Virus record (IMG/VR): IMGVR_UViG_3300037851_000098
Span: 1-36,752 of that record
Strand: one strand, 5' to 3'
DNA length: 36,752 nucleotides
DNA from: a virus
Taxonomy: Duplodnaviria > Caudoviricetes
Under the pieces are notes generated by a model. The model saw only the letters and a list, made by a program, of their open reading frames with translations. It ran no database searches and had not been told where the DNA came from. Numbering within the stretch: position 1 is the stretch's first letter; every line of letters starts with the position of its first letter. Made by a program: the position numbers and the translations under genes. This document shows, piece after piece, positions 25,368 to 34,286 of the stretch.

Positions 25368-26768
25368 ATGATGGTACTGAAGCAGTCAACGTCTGTGGTG
25401 ATTTCGTTCGGCCCGTTCCTCGACAAGACGGATGGCGTCACCCTCGAAACCGGGCTGGTGAGCGCGCTCGACAACGGCACGACCGGCATCATGCTGTCGA
25501 AGAACGGCGGCACGCTGGCCGTCCGTAACGCAGCGGTGACGGCGACGACCTACGACGCGCACGGCTGCTACAAGGTCACGCTCGACACGACCGACACCGG
25601 AACGCTCGGCCAGTTGCGCGTGATCTACACCGACGCGGCGACGTGCCTTCCGGTGTGGCGCGACTACCTCGTTGTCCCGGCGAACATCTACGACTCGATG
25701 GCGAGCGGAAGCGACTTGCTCGACGTGAGCGCGGCGCAGTTTGCCGGACAGACGATCACCTGCGCGGGTGGCGTGACGGTTCCCGCCGCAACACTCGCTT
25801 CGACCACGAACATCACGGCTGGTACGATCACGACCGCTACGAACCTCACGAACGAGCGGGCAAAGTATATGCACGGCTGTGTGTGGATTGGGCCTACGGC
25901 GAACACGAACACGGTGAACTACACGGACGGCATTATGACGAATCCGGTGTCCACGATTGCGGCGGCGAAAACGATTGCCGATTCGCTCGGCCTCAAGCGC
26001 TTCTGGATTCAGGCGGGCGTGACGGTTTCGCTGGCCGCCGACTACGGCGGCTATGTGTTCGACGGCATCGGATGGACGCTGGCAACTACCGGGCTGCGAA
26101 GCGTGTCGGGCGCTGTGATTCGCAACGCCTTCGTGTCGGGTACGTTCTCCGGTGCCTCTGCTCCGTACTTCGAGAATTGCGAGTTCAACGGCGCGGCGAC
26201 TATCCCGGCGTGCAACGCTCATCACTGTGAGTTCGGTTCGAGCACCATCACACTCGGCACCGGAAACTATGACTTTGTGGACTGCGCTTCTGTGGTCGCC
26301 GGTACTGGTACGCCTGTGTTCGATTGCGGGCTTCCTTCGTCGGCGTTGCGGCTGTCGTTCCGTCGCTGGTCAGGAGGGCTGACGTTCAACAACATCAACT
26401 CGAATGTCACGATCTCCGTTGACGTGGTGAGCGGAGGGACGATCACGCTGAACGGCTCCGATGGCAACGTGCAGATTCGTGGCAACGTCGCTGGCATCAC
26501 CGACAACCGGACGGGCACGCCGACGCTCGGCCAGAACGCGGCCATCAACATCACGGAAATCGCTGACGGGGTGCTCACGCGCGACATGAGCGCGGTGACT
26601 GGCGAGGCAACGCGAAGCCCGCTGAACGCGCTCCGCAAGTTGATGAACCGCTGGAAGGTGGTCGGCGGCACGCTCACGGTCTACAAAGAGGACGACACGG
26701 CGAGCGCGTTCACGCAGACGGTGACAACGGGCGCGGTAGACCCGATCACCGAAGTCAACACGGACTAA
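25368..26768 (+). CDS. Putative virion or fibre protein (466 aa) with beta-helix-like middle
   Basis: GPFLDKTDGVT...LSKNGG N-terminus; ENCEF, HHCEF, VDC repeats; T/G-rich. Confidence 0.65.
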   Translation: MMVLKQSTSVVISFGPFLDKTDGVTLETGLVSALDNGTTGIMLSKNGGTLAVRNAAVTATTYDAHGCYKVTLDTTDTGTLGQLRVIYTDAATCLPVWRDYLVVPANIYDSMASGSDLLDVSAAQFAGQTITCAGGVTVPAATLASTTNITAGTITTATNLTNERAKYMHGCVWIGPTANTNTVNYTDGIMTNPVSTIAAAKTIADSLGLKRFWIQAGVTVSLAADYGGYVFDGIGWTLATTGLRSVSGAVIRNAFVSGTFSGASAPYFENCEFNGAATIPACNAHHCEFGSSTITLGTGNYDFVDCASVVAGTGTPVFDCGLPSSALRLSFRRWSGGLTFNNINSNVTISVDVVSGGTITLNGSDGNVQIRGNVAGITDNRTGTPTLGQNAAINITEIADGVLTRDMSAVTGEATRSPLNALRKLMNRWKVVGGTLTVYKEDDTASAFTQTVTTGAVDPITEVNTD

Positions 26769-26790
26769 ATCAACGGGGAGAAGTAGAGGT

Positions 26791-27087
26791 ATGAGCCACA
26801 CGGCAATCGCGTTCCTTGTGCCCCTGTGTATGCTGGCCGTCACCAACGCGGGCGGGCTGATATGGCTTCTGTCGCGCACGGTCGCACGGCTCGAAGCCTT
26901 GACCGCCACGCAGGAGAGGGGCGTCCTCGAAATGAAGGAGATGCGCTCGACGGTCAACGAGGCACTGGACGAGTTTCGTGAGTTCCGCTCGCAGATGGAG
27001 CGGCGCGTGGCTCTGGTCGAGGCGCGTTGCATGTTGACCCACAATCACGAACCGTTGAGGTCTAGGCGTGATGAATATGCGGAATGA
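26791..27087 (+). CDS. Membrane-anchored coiled-coil protein, lysis-associated
   Basis: N-terminal hydrophobic helix then heptad region; SD GAGG. Confidence 0.65.
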   Translation: MSHTAIAFLVPLCMLAVTNAGGLIWLLSRTVARLEALTATQERGVLEMKEMRSTVNEALDEFREFRSQMERRVALVEARCMLTHNHEPLRSRRDEYAE

Positions 27088-27664
27088 CGTGCGTGGCAGG
27101 ACGCCCCTGCTGCGTACAGGCGGCACCATGCGGGGAACATCTCGGGGCTGTGAACCCCGGTGGTGCCGCCGTTTTCTTGCGGCTGTGTTCGGCGCGTTTT
27201 TGCTGACGGCGGGGAACTGGATAATCGACCCGCTGCTGGCGGGCGAGCGCGCCGTTGCCGCAGAGGTTGGGGCGGGTGACACTTTGCAGGGGGCACCCGC
27301 CCTATCCCTCTCTCCGTCTGAAGCAGCGACCCGCATGACGGTTCACTGGTATATCGCTGCCACCAGAACGTGCGTGCGCGGCTACAAGAAGCCGACCGTC
27401 TGCACCGAACTGACGCCCGCCATCACGCGCTACACGGTGCGCTACGCGCCCGCAAACCCGGCGCGCTCGGTCTACTTCTTCGGATTCACGACCGGCTCAT
27501 ACGTCAAGGCGTTCACTCGTGACACGACACATGGATGGTGGTATGCGGGAGATGCGATGCCCGGTGTCGCCGGTATGCCGCTCGGCATCGTGATGTACCC
27601 GCGCGCGGGCGAGGGCATCATGCTGACGGCGTTCACACAACCGAAGTGCGAGGGGTGCCAGTGA
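27068..27664 (+). CDS. Hypothetical, possibly exported protein; start uncertain (27068, 27128 or 27335)
   Basis: RRFLAAVFGAFLL segment; four C-terminal-domain Cys; GTGA overlap with the next gene. Confidence 0.5.
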   Translation: MMNMRNDVRGRTPLLRTGGTMRGTSRGCEPRWCRRFLAAVFGAFLLTAGNWIIDPLLAGERAVAAEVGAGDTLQGAPALSLSPSEAATRMTVHWYIAATRTCVRGYKKPTVCTELTPAITRYTVRYAPANPARSVYFFGFTTGSYVKAFTRDTTHGWWYAGDAMPGVAGMPLGIVMYPRAGEGIMLTAFTQPKCEGCQ

Positions 27665-28080
27665 AGCGACTTCTCTTGACCCGTTTCTGTGACGCGCCGG
27701 ACGACATGGGCACGTTCGGATTCATCACCATCGACAGCGCGCCTTCCCGTCGCTGGTGGACGGTCGAACGTCCGTGGAAGGACAACAAGCCGGGCGAGTC
27801 GTGCATCCCGCTCGGCATCTACAAACTGCGGCACGGCACCTACACCGCCAACGGCACGCGCCCGCCGTACCCCGACCTTGAGTTCGTGGATGTGCCGGGG
27901 CGCAAGAACATCGAAATCCACTGTGCGAACTACGCGCGCGAGTTGAAGGGGTGCATCGCGCCGGGGCGTGTGCTGCGCTTGCAGGCGTGGGCCATCGGGG
28001 AGAGCCGCCACGCGCTCAACGAACTACTCGCAGAGATCAACGGCGACCCCGACATCGAGATTGAGATACGCCGAGCCTAG
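27661..28080 (+). CDS. DUF5675-family protein, putative L,D-transpeptidase-like endolysin
   Basis: TFG...TVERPW..N...SCIP.G.Y...DVPGR.NIEIH.AN...LKGCIAPG signature; GTG start. Confidence 0.85.
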   Translation: MKRLLLTRFCDAPDDMGTFGFITIDSAPSRRWWTVERPWKDNKPGESCIPLGIYKLRHGTYTANGTRPPYPDLEFVDVPGRKNIEIHCANYARELKGCIAPGRVLRLQAWAIGESRHALNELLAEINGDPDIEIEIRRA

Positions 28081-28208
28081 CAATAATAGCACAAATATAA
28101 CGCACAAGTTGTTGTCGCATCGCACGATGCGCTCGGGGCAGAAAATCGCTTGCCCCGTTTTTAGGCCGTGAGACACTTCCTTCGGTCACGAACCGAAAGG
28201 AGTCTCCG

Positions 28209-29066
28209 ATGGAGAATGTCAAGCACACGGTAGACACTCCGCGCCCCGGCCTTTACCGGGGTGTGCCGCAGGAAGTCTACCACGCATGGGGCGCGATCTC
28301 GAACTCCGCGCTCTCGCATCTCAAGCGCTCGCCGCGTCACCTTCGCCAGCATCTCGACACCCCTGTCGAGCCTACCCCGGCGATGCTGCTCGGCAGCGCA
28401 ACCCACACGGCCATCCTCGAACCCGACCAGTTCGACGCCCGGTACATGAGAGCGCCGGATGTCGACCGCCGCACGAAGGAAGGGAAGGCGCTGATCGACT
28501 CGATCTATGCGGCCTACCCCGGTGTCGCGCTGCTGAAACCGGACGAGTACGACCGCTGCATCGGGATGCGCGATGCGGTTCACGGATGCGAGACAGCGAG
28601 CAACCTTCTTCACGGCACGGGCGACGTGGAACTGTCGTTCGTGTGGGAACACGAGAACGGCGTGCTGCGCAAGGGGCGCGCTGATCGTGTGTCGTGGGAA
28701 ATCGCTGGCGGCACCATCGTCGACCTCAAGACGACGAAGGACGCGCGCCGCTCGGCGTTCGAGCGTACCATCTTTGCGATGGGCTACTACAATCAGGGCG
28801 CGGGCTACGTCGACGGAATCCGCGCGCAGAGCCTCGCCATCAAGCACTACACGATCATCGCAGTCGAGAGCGAAGCGCCTTACGGCGTCTGCGTCTACCG
28901 GATGCGCGACGAAGTGATCGAGGCGGGACGAATCGAGAACGCCGCGCTGCTCGAAAAGTACGCGGCGTGCCTTGCGGCGAACGAGTGGCCGGGATACTCG
29001 GACGAGATCATGGACATCGGCTTGCCGGTGTGGGCATGGGACAACATCGAAAGGGGCATGGAATGA
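28209..29066 (+). CDS. RecE / exonuclease VIII-like PD-(D/E)xK nuclease (DUF3799-type)
   Basis: YH...ISNSAL, GSATHTAILEP, ELSFVW, KGRADR, IVDLKTT, Y.NQGAGY. Confidence 0.9.
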   Translation: MENVKHTVDTPRPGLYRGVPQEVYHAWGAISNSALSHLKRSPRHLRQHLDTPVEPTPAMLLGSATHTAILEPDQFDARYMRAPDVDRRTKEGKALIDSIYAAYPGVALLKPDEYDRCIGMRDAVHGCETASNLLHGTGDVELSFVWEHENGVLRKGRADRVSWEIAGGTIVDLKTTKDARRSAFERTIFAMGYYNQGAGYVDGIRAQSLAIKHYTIIAVESEAPYGVCVYRMRDEVIEAGRIENAALLEKYAACLAANEWPGYSDEIMDIGLPVWAWDNIERGME

Positions 29067-29890
29067 TCGACCAGAACGAGGAACGCATGGACGAGTTTGA
29101 CGGCGAGGAAGTCGCCATTGAGTCGAGCGAGACAAGCATGACGGCGGGCATCGTAGGTGCCATCGACAAGGCGCAGATCGACGTGCAGATCGCCACGGCG
29201 AAGTCGTACCCGCGCAGCGTCGACAAGGCGCTCAAGGAAGCCATGACGCTCGCCACTCTCGACGAGGAAACTGCCGGGAGCATGTTCTACGTTCTCCCGC
29301 GCAGCGGCAAGAAGATCGAAGGGCCGAGCGCGCGACTGGCTGAAGTGATGGCCTACTCGTGGCAGAACCTTCGCGCCGAAGCGGACGTGATCGACGCCGA
29401 CGACAAGTACGTCACGGCGATGGGGACGTGCTTCGACATGGAGCGCAACATCGCTGTTCGCGTGCGCGTCAAGCGCCGCATCACCGACCGGAGCGGGCAT
29501 CGCTACAACGACGACATGATCGCCGTGACTGCGAACGCCGCCATCTCCATCGCTCTGCGCAACGCCGTGTTCAAGGTGATTCCGCAGGCGCTCACGAAGC
29601 GCATCTACATGGCCGCGCGAAAGGCGTCCATCGGGCAGGCGGGCACCATCGAGCAGAAGCGCGAGAACGCGCTGGCGTGGTTCATCAAGGCGGGGATGAA
29701 GGAGAAGCAGGTGTTTGAAGTGCTCGGTGTGCGCGGGCGCGACGACATCGGGGAAGATCAGTTGATCGAACTGCGCGGCATCAGGACGGCTCTCGCTGAC
29801 GGCGAAACGACCATCGAGAAGTTGCTTGCCAAGAGCACCGTCGAGTCGGAGGGCGCGGACGAACTGAACCGTGAACTGAAGAAGAAGTAA
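29063..29890 (+). CDS. Putative single-strand annealing (RecT-like) protein
   Basis: ATGA-coupled to the exonuclease; AKSYPRS...YVLPRSGKKIEGPSARLAE...WQN motif. Confidence 0.6.
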   Translation: MIDQNEERMDEFDGEEVAIESSETSMTAGIVGAIDKAQIDVQIATAKSYPRSVDKALKEAMTLATLDEETAGSMFYVLPRSGKKIEGPSARLAEVMAYSWQNLRAEADVIDADDKYVTAMGTCFDMERNIAVRVRVKRRITDRSGHRYNDDMIAVTANAAISIALRNAVFKVIPQALTKRIYMAARKASIGQAGTIEQKRENALAWFIKAGMKEKQVFEVLGVRGRDDIGEDQLIELRGIRTALADGETTIEKLLAKSTVESEGADELNRELKKK

Positions 29891-29896
29891 ACGAAC

Positions 29897-29924
29897 GGGG
29901 CCGGGGGAACGACCCCCCGGCCCC
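29897..29924 (+). terminator. GC hairpin after the recombination genes
   Basis: GGGGCCGGGGG/CCCCCGGCCCC, 11-bp stem, no U-tract. Confidence 0.5.
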
Positions 29925-29975
29925 TACACACAAACGAAAAGGAGTATCACTTGCAGGACTGGAAGGTAGCAACCC

Positions 29976-30713
29976 ATGAAATCAAAGTCAACAAAAAAGT
30001 CACAGGGTGCTCGGGTGCCTGACGTGCATGTCAAACACCGGGACATTCAGGGCATGACGGTGGCGCAAGTAGGTGCGTGGACACTCGCCCTTTCGAGCCT
30101 GTTGGAGCACGGCGGCATCTCCCTCACCGATCTCCCGAAGGTGTGCAAGACCACCGACGAGGAAGTGCTTGATGCGGTGCGGGCGAGGCTTGTGATCGTA
30201 GGCTCCAACGGCTCGTCGATGTTGACCCATGCGGAGACTCTGAAACGCCGACAGAAACTCGGCGCTATAATAAACGCGCGCGCAGACGCGGGCGCGCGCG
30301 CGGGGTGGATGGGTGGGGTGGAGAAGAAAGAAGATGTTAGAAAGGGAGAGTTGAATACTCCTTCTTCAAACATAGAGGTTGTAATCGAGCAGCGAATCGC
30401 GCGGTTCCGCGCCGCTCTCGACGAAGAAGGGTTGGCCTTCGTCCTGAAGGTGATGGACGCGCTTGGTCGCACGAAGCGCGGTCGGATGCTTCCTGTGTCC
30501 ACGCGGCTCGAACAGTGGGATGAGGCGAGCAAGTTCCCGCCCGAGCAGTTCGCCTACGCCTGTTACCAGTTCGCCGTCAATGGCCCACTGGCGACCGGCA
30601 AGGGCTTCCGGTATCTGCTCGGCATCGTGAACGGTTCAGCGCTCTCGTGGTACGTCGAGCAGCGCGCGGAGATGGAGAAGCGAACAGGATTCAGATTGGA
30701 GTGTGAGGTATGA
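29976..30713 (+). CDS. Putative replication initiator (DUF1376/YdaU-like N-terminus)
   Basis: GMTVAQVGAWTLAL, an ARADAGARAG helix, a lower-GC linker and C-terminal RYLLGIV. Confidence 0.5.
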   Translation: MKSKSTKKSQGARVPDVHVKHRDIQGMTVAQVGAWTLALSSLLEHGGISLTDLPKVCKTTDEEVLDAVRARLVIVGSNGSSMLTHAETLKRRQKLGAIINARADAGARAGWMGGVEKKEDVRKGELNTPSSNIEVVIEQRIARFRAALDEEGLAFVLKVMDALGRTKRGRMLPVSTRLEQWDEASKFPPEQFAYACYQFAVNGPLATGKGFRYLLGIVNGSALSWYVEQRAEMEKRTGFRLECEV

Positions 30714-31171
30714 GCGGCATGAAGTTCAGCAAGCGGTTCGGCGGGCACAACGAGAGCAGCGGCCACGAGAGGTCGTCGCGCCCGGCGCTGCCGAGGGACT
30801 TTTGGTGTGTCGAGTGTGAGGCGACCGGCCTGATTCCGGTGACGTATGTGTCCACGCACGGGCGCGTGAATCGAGGAAGCGCGGTGTGTCGGTGTCAGGC
30901 GGGGGACACGATGAATGACGGCAAGCGCCTGATGTACCAGCGCGGCGTCGAGTTGGGTGTTATCGACCCGCAGGCGCGCACGAAGTCGGCGCATTGGATG
31001 TTCTCGATGCGCCGCTGGTTCGAGTTGATTGGAGATGAAAAGTCACTCGCGCTGCTTGAGCATATCGTGTCGTCGGACAACCCGGTCGATGCGCTTCACA
31101 AGTGGTGGGAGAAGTACCCGCCTCATGGCCCGATGTCGGGCATCACGCGGGGAGTGTACGGGAGGTCGTAA
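30710..31171 (+). CDS. Zn-binding hypothetical protein
   Basis: CVECEATG...CRC; ATGA overlap. Confidence 0.7.
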   Translation: MSGMKFSKRFGGHNESSGHERSSRPALPRDFWCVECEATGLIPVTYVSTHGRVNRGSAVCRCQAGDTMNDGKRLMYQRGVELGVIDPQARTKSAHWMFSMRRWFELIGDEKSLALLEHIVSSDNPVDALHKWWEKYPPHGPMSGITRGVYGRS

Positions 31172-31383
31172 TGATTACGGCGCAGAATGACACCGTTGTC
31201 GAGGCCGAAGGCCGCTGCGCGGCGTGCGACAACGACGAGCACACATCGAAGAAGCGGTATCTGATCTCGCAAATCCCGTTCTACATCGTGTGGTGTGAGT
31301 CGTGCCTTTTGTTCATCCTTGCGGAGCGCAAGCGGGCGCGAGATCGGATGAAGAAGGGTGAAGGCGAGGAGATGGATGATTAA
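31171..31383 (+). CDS. Small CxxC...CxxC protein (70 aa)
   Basis: TAATG overlap; SD GGAGG. Confidence 0.7.
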   Translation: MITAQNDTVVEAEGRCAACDNDEHTSKKRYLISQIPFYIVWCESCLLFILAERKRARDRMKKGEGEEMDD

Positions 31384-31405
31384 CAATGCCGCAAGGGAGG
31401 CTGGT

Positions 31406-31933
31406 ATGCAGAGGATTGTGGCGGTAGACCCCGGCCCCGAGCGAAGCGCGATGGTGACGCTGTGGGCCGACAACACGCTCGATGTCGACCCCGAAATCGA
31501 CAACGAGAAGATGGTAACGAGAATCGGCTACGAGGCGGCGGTGATCGCTGCGCTCGAACGTGATGCGGTCGGCTCATTCATCGCCATCGAGGACATGACG
31601 CCATACGGCTCGGCGTTGAACTATGCGACCATCGCAACGCTGAAGTGGATGGGGCGCTTCTACGCTGCTGCGGAAGGTGTTGCTCGTGTCGAGTGGATAA
31701 CGCGCGTGGCGGTGAAGCAGCACCTACTCGGACAGACACGGGGCACGGATGCGATGGTGTCCGACGCGCTTCGGCATATCTTCGGCGGCGAGTCCTCGAA
31801 GGGGACGAAGCGAAACCCCGGCCCCCTGTATGCTGTGAAGGGTCACGCATGGGCGGCGCTTGCGGTCGCTGTGACGGCTCGTGGATGGAGAGCAGAGAAC
31901 GGCCTGTTGGTGCAGAAGGAGGCAAGAGGATGA
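31406..31933 (+). CDS. RuvC-like Holliday junction resolvase
   Basis: IVAVDPG, IAIED, VKQHLLG, HAWAALAVA; SD GGGAGG; alternative start at 31376. Confidence 0.75.
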   Translation: MQRIVAVDPGPERSAMVTLWADNTLDVDPEIDNEKMVTRIGYEAAVIAALERDAVGSFIAIEDMTPYGSALNYATIATLKWMGRFYAAAEGVARVEWITRVAVKQHLLGQTRGTDAMVSDALRHIFGGESSKGTKRNPGPLYAVKGHAWAALAVAVTARGWRAENGLLVQKEARG

Positions 31934-32715
31934 ATCGAGCAGACTGTTGCGCGTGCCCGCCGTTCAGTGCGGACGAAAACATATGGCGCGCGGCCCGGTA
32001 CAACTTGCACATCGCAAAGATTGGAGATGATGCCAGCACGCTGAAGATGAACGATGGCATCGTGCTTGAGTACCTTCAGCCGACGCTCCGCAAGAAGTGG
32101 AATCTTGGCCTGACGGGTGATCTGCCGGGAGGCGACTACCTCGACTTGTCGGAGGCTACGCGCAAGGAACTGGCGCGGCGCGTGGCGAAGTACGTTGAGA
32201 GCCACGACCTCGACGGCGTGTTTCTCGACACGCCGCTCGAAGTCGCCTCTGGTACGCCGCCGTATGACGCGGTGCGGCTGTTCGCAGACATCCAGAACGC
32301 CATGCCGGAAAAGATCGTGATGCCGAACTTCGGGGACTCGCTGACGTGGCGCGGGAAGGCGAACTGGCCGACCGATATTCGCAACGCATGGGGCACGCTG
32401 GCGTGGTTCGCTCCGTGGCACTTCGTTCAAGTGGCGTTCACCACGCGCGACCCGCTCTCGTTCATCCCTGTCCTCGGCGTTGCGGAGTCGCGCCTTGCGT
32501 CGAACAAGAAACTGGTGCTCGGCATCGACGACCGTATCGAGGCGGCGCTGACGTGCAGAACGGCGCTCAATCCAGAGATGGCGGCGATGCTCGCATACTC
32601 GCACGATCACCCGTCGCTGTTCTGGTACTACCAGAGCGATGCCGCACCCAAGACGGGGACGCACGCGAAGGACTACTGTTGGAATCGTGCGATTGAAGTG
32701 ATCGAGAAGTTCTAG
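31930..32715 (+). CDS. Putative TIM-barrel glycoside hydrolase-like protein (261 aa)
   Basis: YLDLS...LDGVFLD...KIVMPNFG pattern; ATGA overlap. Confidence 0.5.
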   Translation: MNRADCCACPPFSADENIWRAARYNLHIAKIGDDASTLKMNDGIVLEYLQPTLRKKWNLGLTGDLPGGDYLDLSEATRKELARRVAKYVESHDLDGVFLDTPLEVASGTPPYDAVRLFADIQNAMPEKIVMPNFGDSLTWRGKANWPTDIRNAWGTLAWFAPWHFVQVAFTTRDPLSFIPVLGVAESRLASNKKLVLGIDDRIEAALTCRTALNPEMAAMLAYSHDHPSLFWYYQSDAAPKTGTHAKDYCWNRAIEVIEKF

Positions 32716-32933
32716 CCGCGCGGTTGCTCCATAAGCCGACGAGCGCGTGGCGAGGCGCTGCGGGGTTGTGTGTCTGGCGTGGTGGCTTGGCTGTGATGTT
32801 GAATCGGAAACAAGACGAATCGAAACGGGACATCATGCCTTTCAACCTCGCAGCGCCGAAAAAAAGAGAGCGGGCGGTGCGCGGCGCGCATCGGTTCGTG
32901 GAGGCTCCTCTGCCGCCGCCCCGCCCCGCTCTC
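32715..32933 (+). ncRNA. Three consecutive stem-closed non-coding modules
   Basis: Stems 32715-32722/32744-32751, 32754-32768/32843-32857 (15 bp) and 32866-32874/32925-32933; A-rich linkers follow the second and third. Confidence 0.45.
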
Positions 32934-32954
32934 GTAACACAAAAGGAGAGCACA

Positions 32955-33416
32955 ATGGACAAGTGGACTGTTGAACTGACGCCGCAGGAGTTGATGCAGG
33001 CGGCGATGGTCGGCGTGATGCGCGCGGTATCGTGCATCCGTGACGGCAGGCAGCACAAGCACGGGGCGAACATCGACGAGTCGTGGCAGATGCAGATTGA
33101 AGGCGCGTGCGGCGAGGCTGCGCATGCGAAAGCGAGCGGCGTGTGGTGGTCTGCGTCTGTCAACACCTTCAAGTCGGAGGGCGATGTCGGCGCGGTCGAG
33201 GTTCGCACGAGGTCGAAGGACGACTACGACTTGATCGTGCGCAAGGACGACCGTGACGATGCGATCTATGTTCTCGTCGTTGGGCGCGCGCCGTGTTTCC
33301 GCGTCGTGGGATGGATACACGGGTTGGAGGCGAAAGCGCCCGTGTTCCTCGCATCGCATGGCGGCAGAGAAGAAGCGTACTTTGTGCCGCAGAGCGCGCT
33401 CAACAAGATGGAGTAG
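32955..33416 (+). CDS. Small PD-(D/E)xK-like nuclease (153 aa)
   Basis: GACGEAA...GDVG.VEVRT...YVLV...VVGW...YFVPQSAL; SD AAGGAG. Confidence 0.6.
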   Translation: MDKWTVELTPQELMQAAMVGVMRAVSCIRDGRQHKHGANIDESWQMQIEGACGEAAHAKASGVWWSASVNTFKSEGDVGAVEVRTRSKDDYDLIVRKDDRDDAIYVLVVGRAPCFRVVGWIHGLEAKAPVFLASHGGREEAYFVPQSALNKME

Positions 33417-33453
33417 CCCGGCGCACCTTGCCGGGTCGCTCGAATGAACAAGC

Positions 33454-33571
33454 GAGCACGGCGGCGTGGAAGGACACGCTCACGACTCACCGCAGGCCGG
33501 ATATGCGTAGCCGGAAGTGGAATCCGAAGGGTCTTGTAGGATAAGCCGGTATCAAGCCCGGCCCGTGCTCA
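33454..33571 (+). ncRNA. tRNA-like RNA with acceptor, D and T arms but no canonical anticodon arm
   Basis: 8-bp GAGCACGG/CCGTGCTC; D-like GCGTG-GAAGGA-CACGC; T-like GCCGG-TATCAAGC-CCGGC stacked on the acceptor stem. Confidence 0.55.
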
Positions 33572-33663
33572 CAGAAAATGGGGGACATGGCTGTCTGCCG
33601 AGTCTAGGGGAAAAACTAGTTGGAAGGGTGCCCCCAACGGGCCCCGGCGCGTAGAGAACAAAA

Positions 33664-33723
33664 GAGCACGGCGGCGCGGAGCGCCGAAAAGCAGAGGCAC
33701 CTAACTAGGCCCGGCCCGTGCTC
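33664..33723 (+). repeat. Shortened second copy of the tRNA-like element
   Basis: Same 13-nt 5' end GAGCACGGCGGCG and same 15-nt 3' end GCCCGGCCCGTGCTC. Confidence 0.8.
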
Positions 33724-33869
33724 GAAAACAGACTGGACGTTGCCGCGTGGGAAGGACCAAAACCAGCGCGCCCTACCCAAGCGGACAGCGGGATGGGAAA
33801 GCGAGTGACTCCAGCGGGCTGTTCACCGCGTTTTCCACGCGGCGCGTCCGGTCGAATAGGAGGAGCAGG

Positions 33870-34286
33870 ATGAATCTAGATCCTTCCCCGTTGAAGTCTT
33901 GCCCGTTGTGCGAGGCAAAGCCTCGGCTCATTACGCCCGCTGGTCTTGAGCCGTATGTGTCGTGCATCTGCGGGCTGGACCTGTCCCCGGAAGATTGGGC
34001 GGCGCTTGCACGCCAGTCGGACCTAGACGAGGCACGCGCCACCATTGGGGACCTAGAGCGCGAGTACCGCCAGATGATGACAACGGTTGCACGGCAGGAG
34101 TTGGAATTGATCGCGCTGCGGCGGGAGGCGTGCGAGATCATGCGGGAGATGATGCGCACAGTTCATAACTGCTGCGACTGCCTTGAGTATGCGTATCGAC
34201 GTGACAAAGACGGGAACGTAATCGAAGGCGTGGACGGAACGACCCGCGCCCGCGCCTTCATCAAGAAGCACAGGGAGGGGAAATGA
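33870..34286 (+). CDS. Protein with Lar (restriction alleviation)-like Zn ribbon and coiled coil
   Basis: LKSCPLCE...VSCICG; SD AGGAGG. Confidence 0.55.
   Translation: MNLDPSPLKSCPLCEAKPRLITPAGLEPYVSCICGLDLSPEDWAALARQSDLDEARATIGDLEREYRQMMTTVARQELELIALRREACEIMREMMRTVHNCCDCLEYAYRRDKDGNVIEGVDGTTRARAFIKKHREGK

Noticed and set aside
20760-27200. Diversity-generating retroelement acting on tail genes
   Set aside because: No reverse transcriptase and no template/variable repeat pair differing at adenines was seen.
28150-28177. Promoter for the recombination genes (TTGCCC-16-GACACT)
   Set aside because: Both hexamers match weakly; a promoter is likely in this gap but cannot be placed.
33454-33571. 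Canonical tRNA or tRNA-Sec gene
   Set aside because: No 7-nt anticodon loop on a proper stem, no TTCRA T-loop and no CCA; kept only as tRNA-like.
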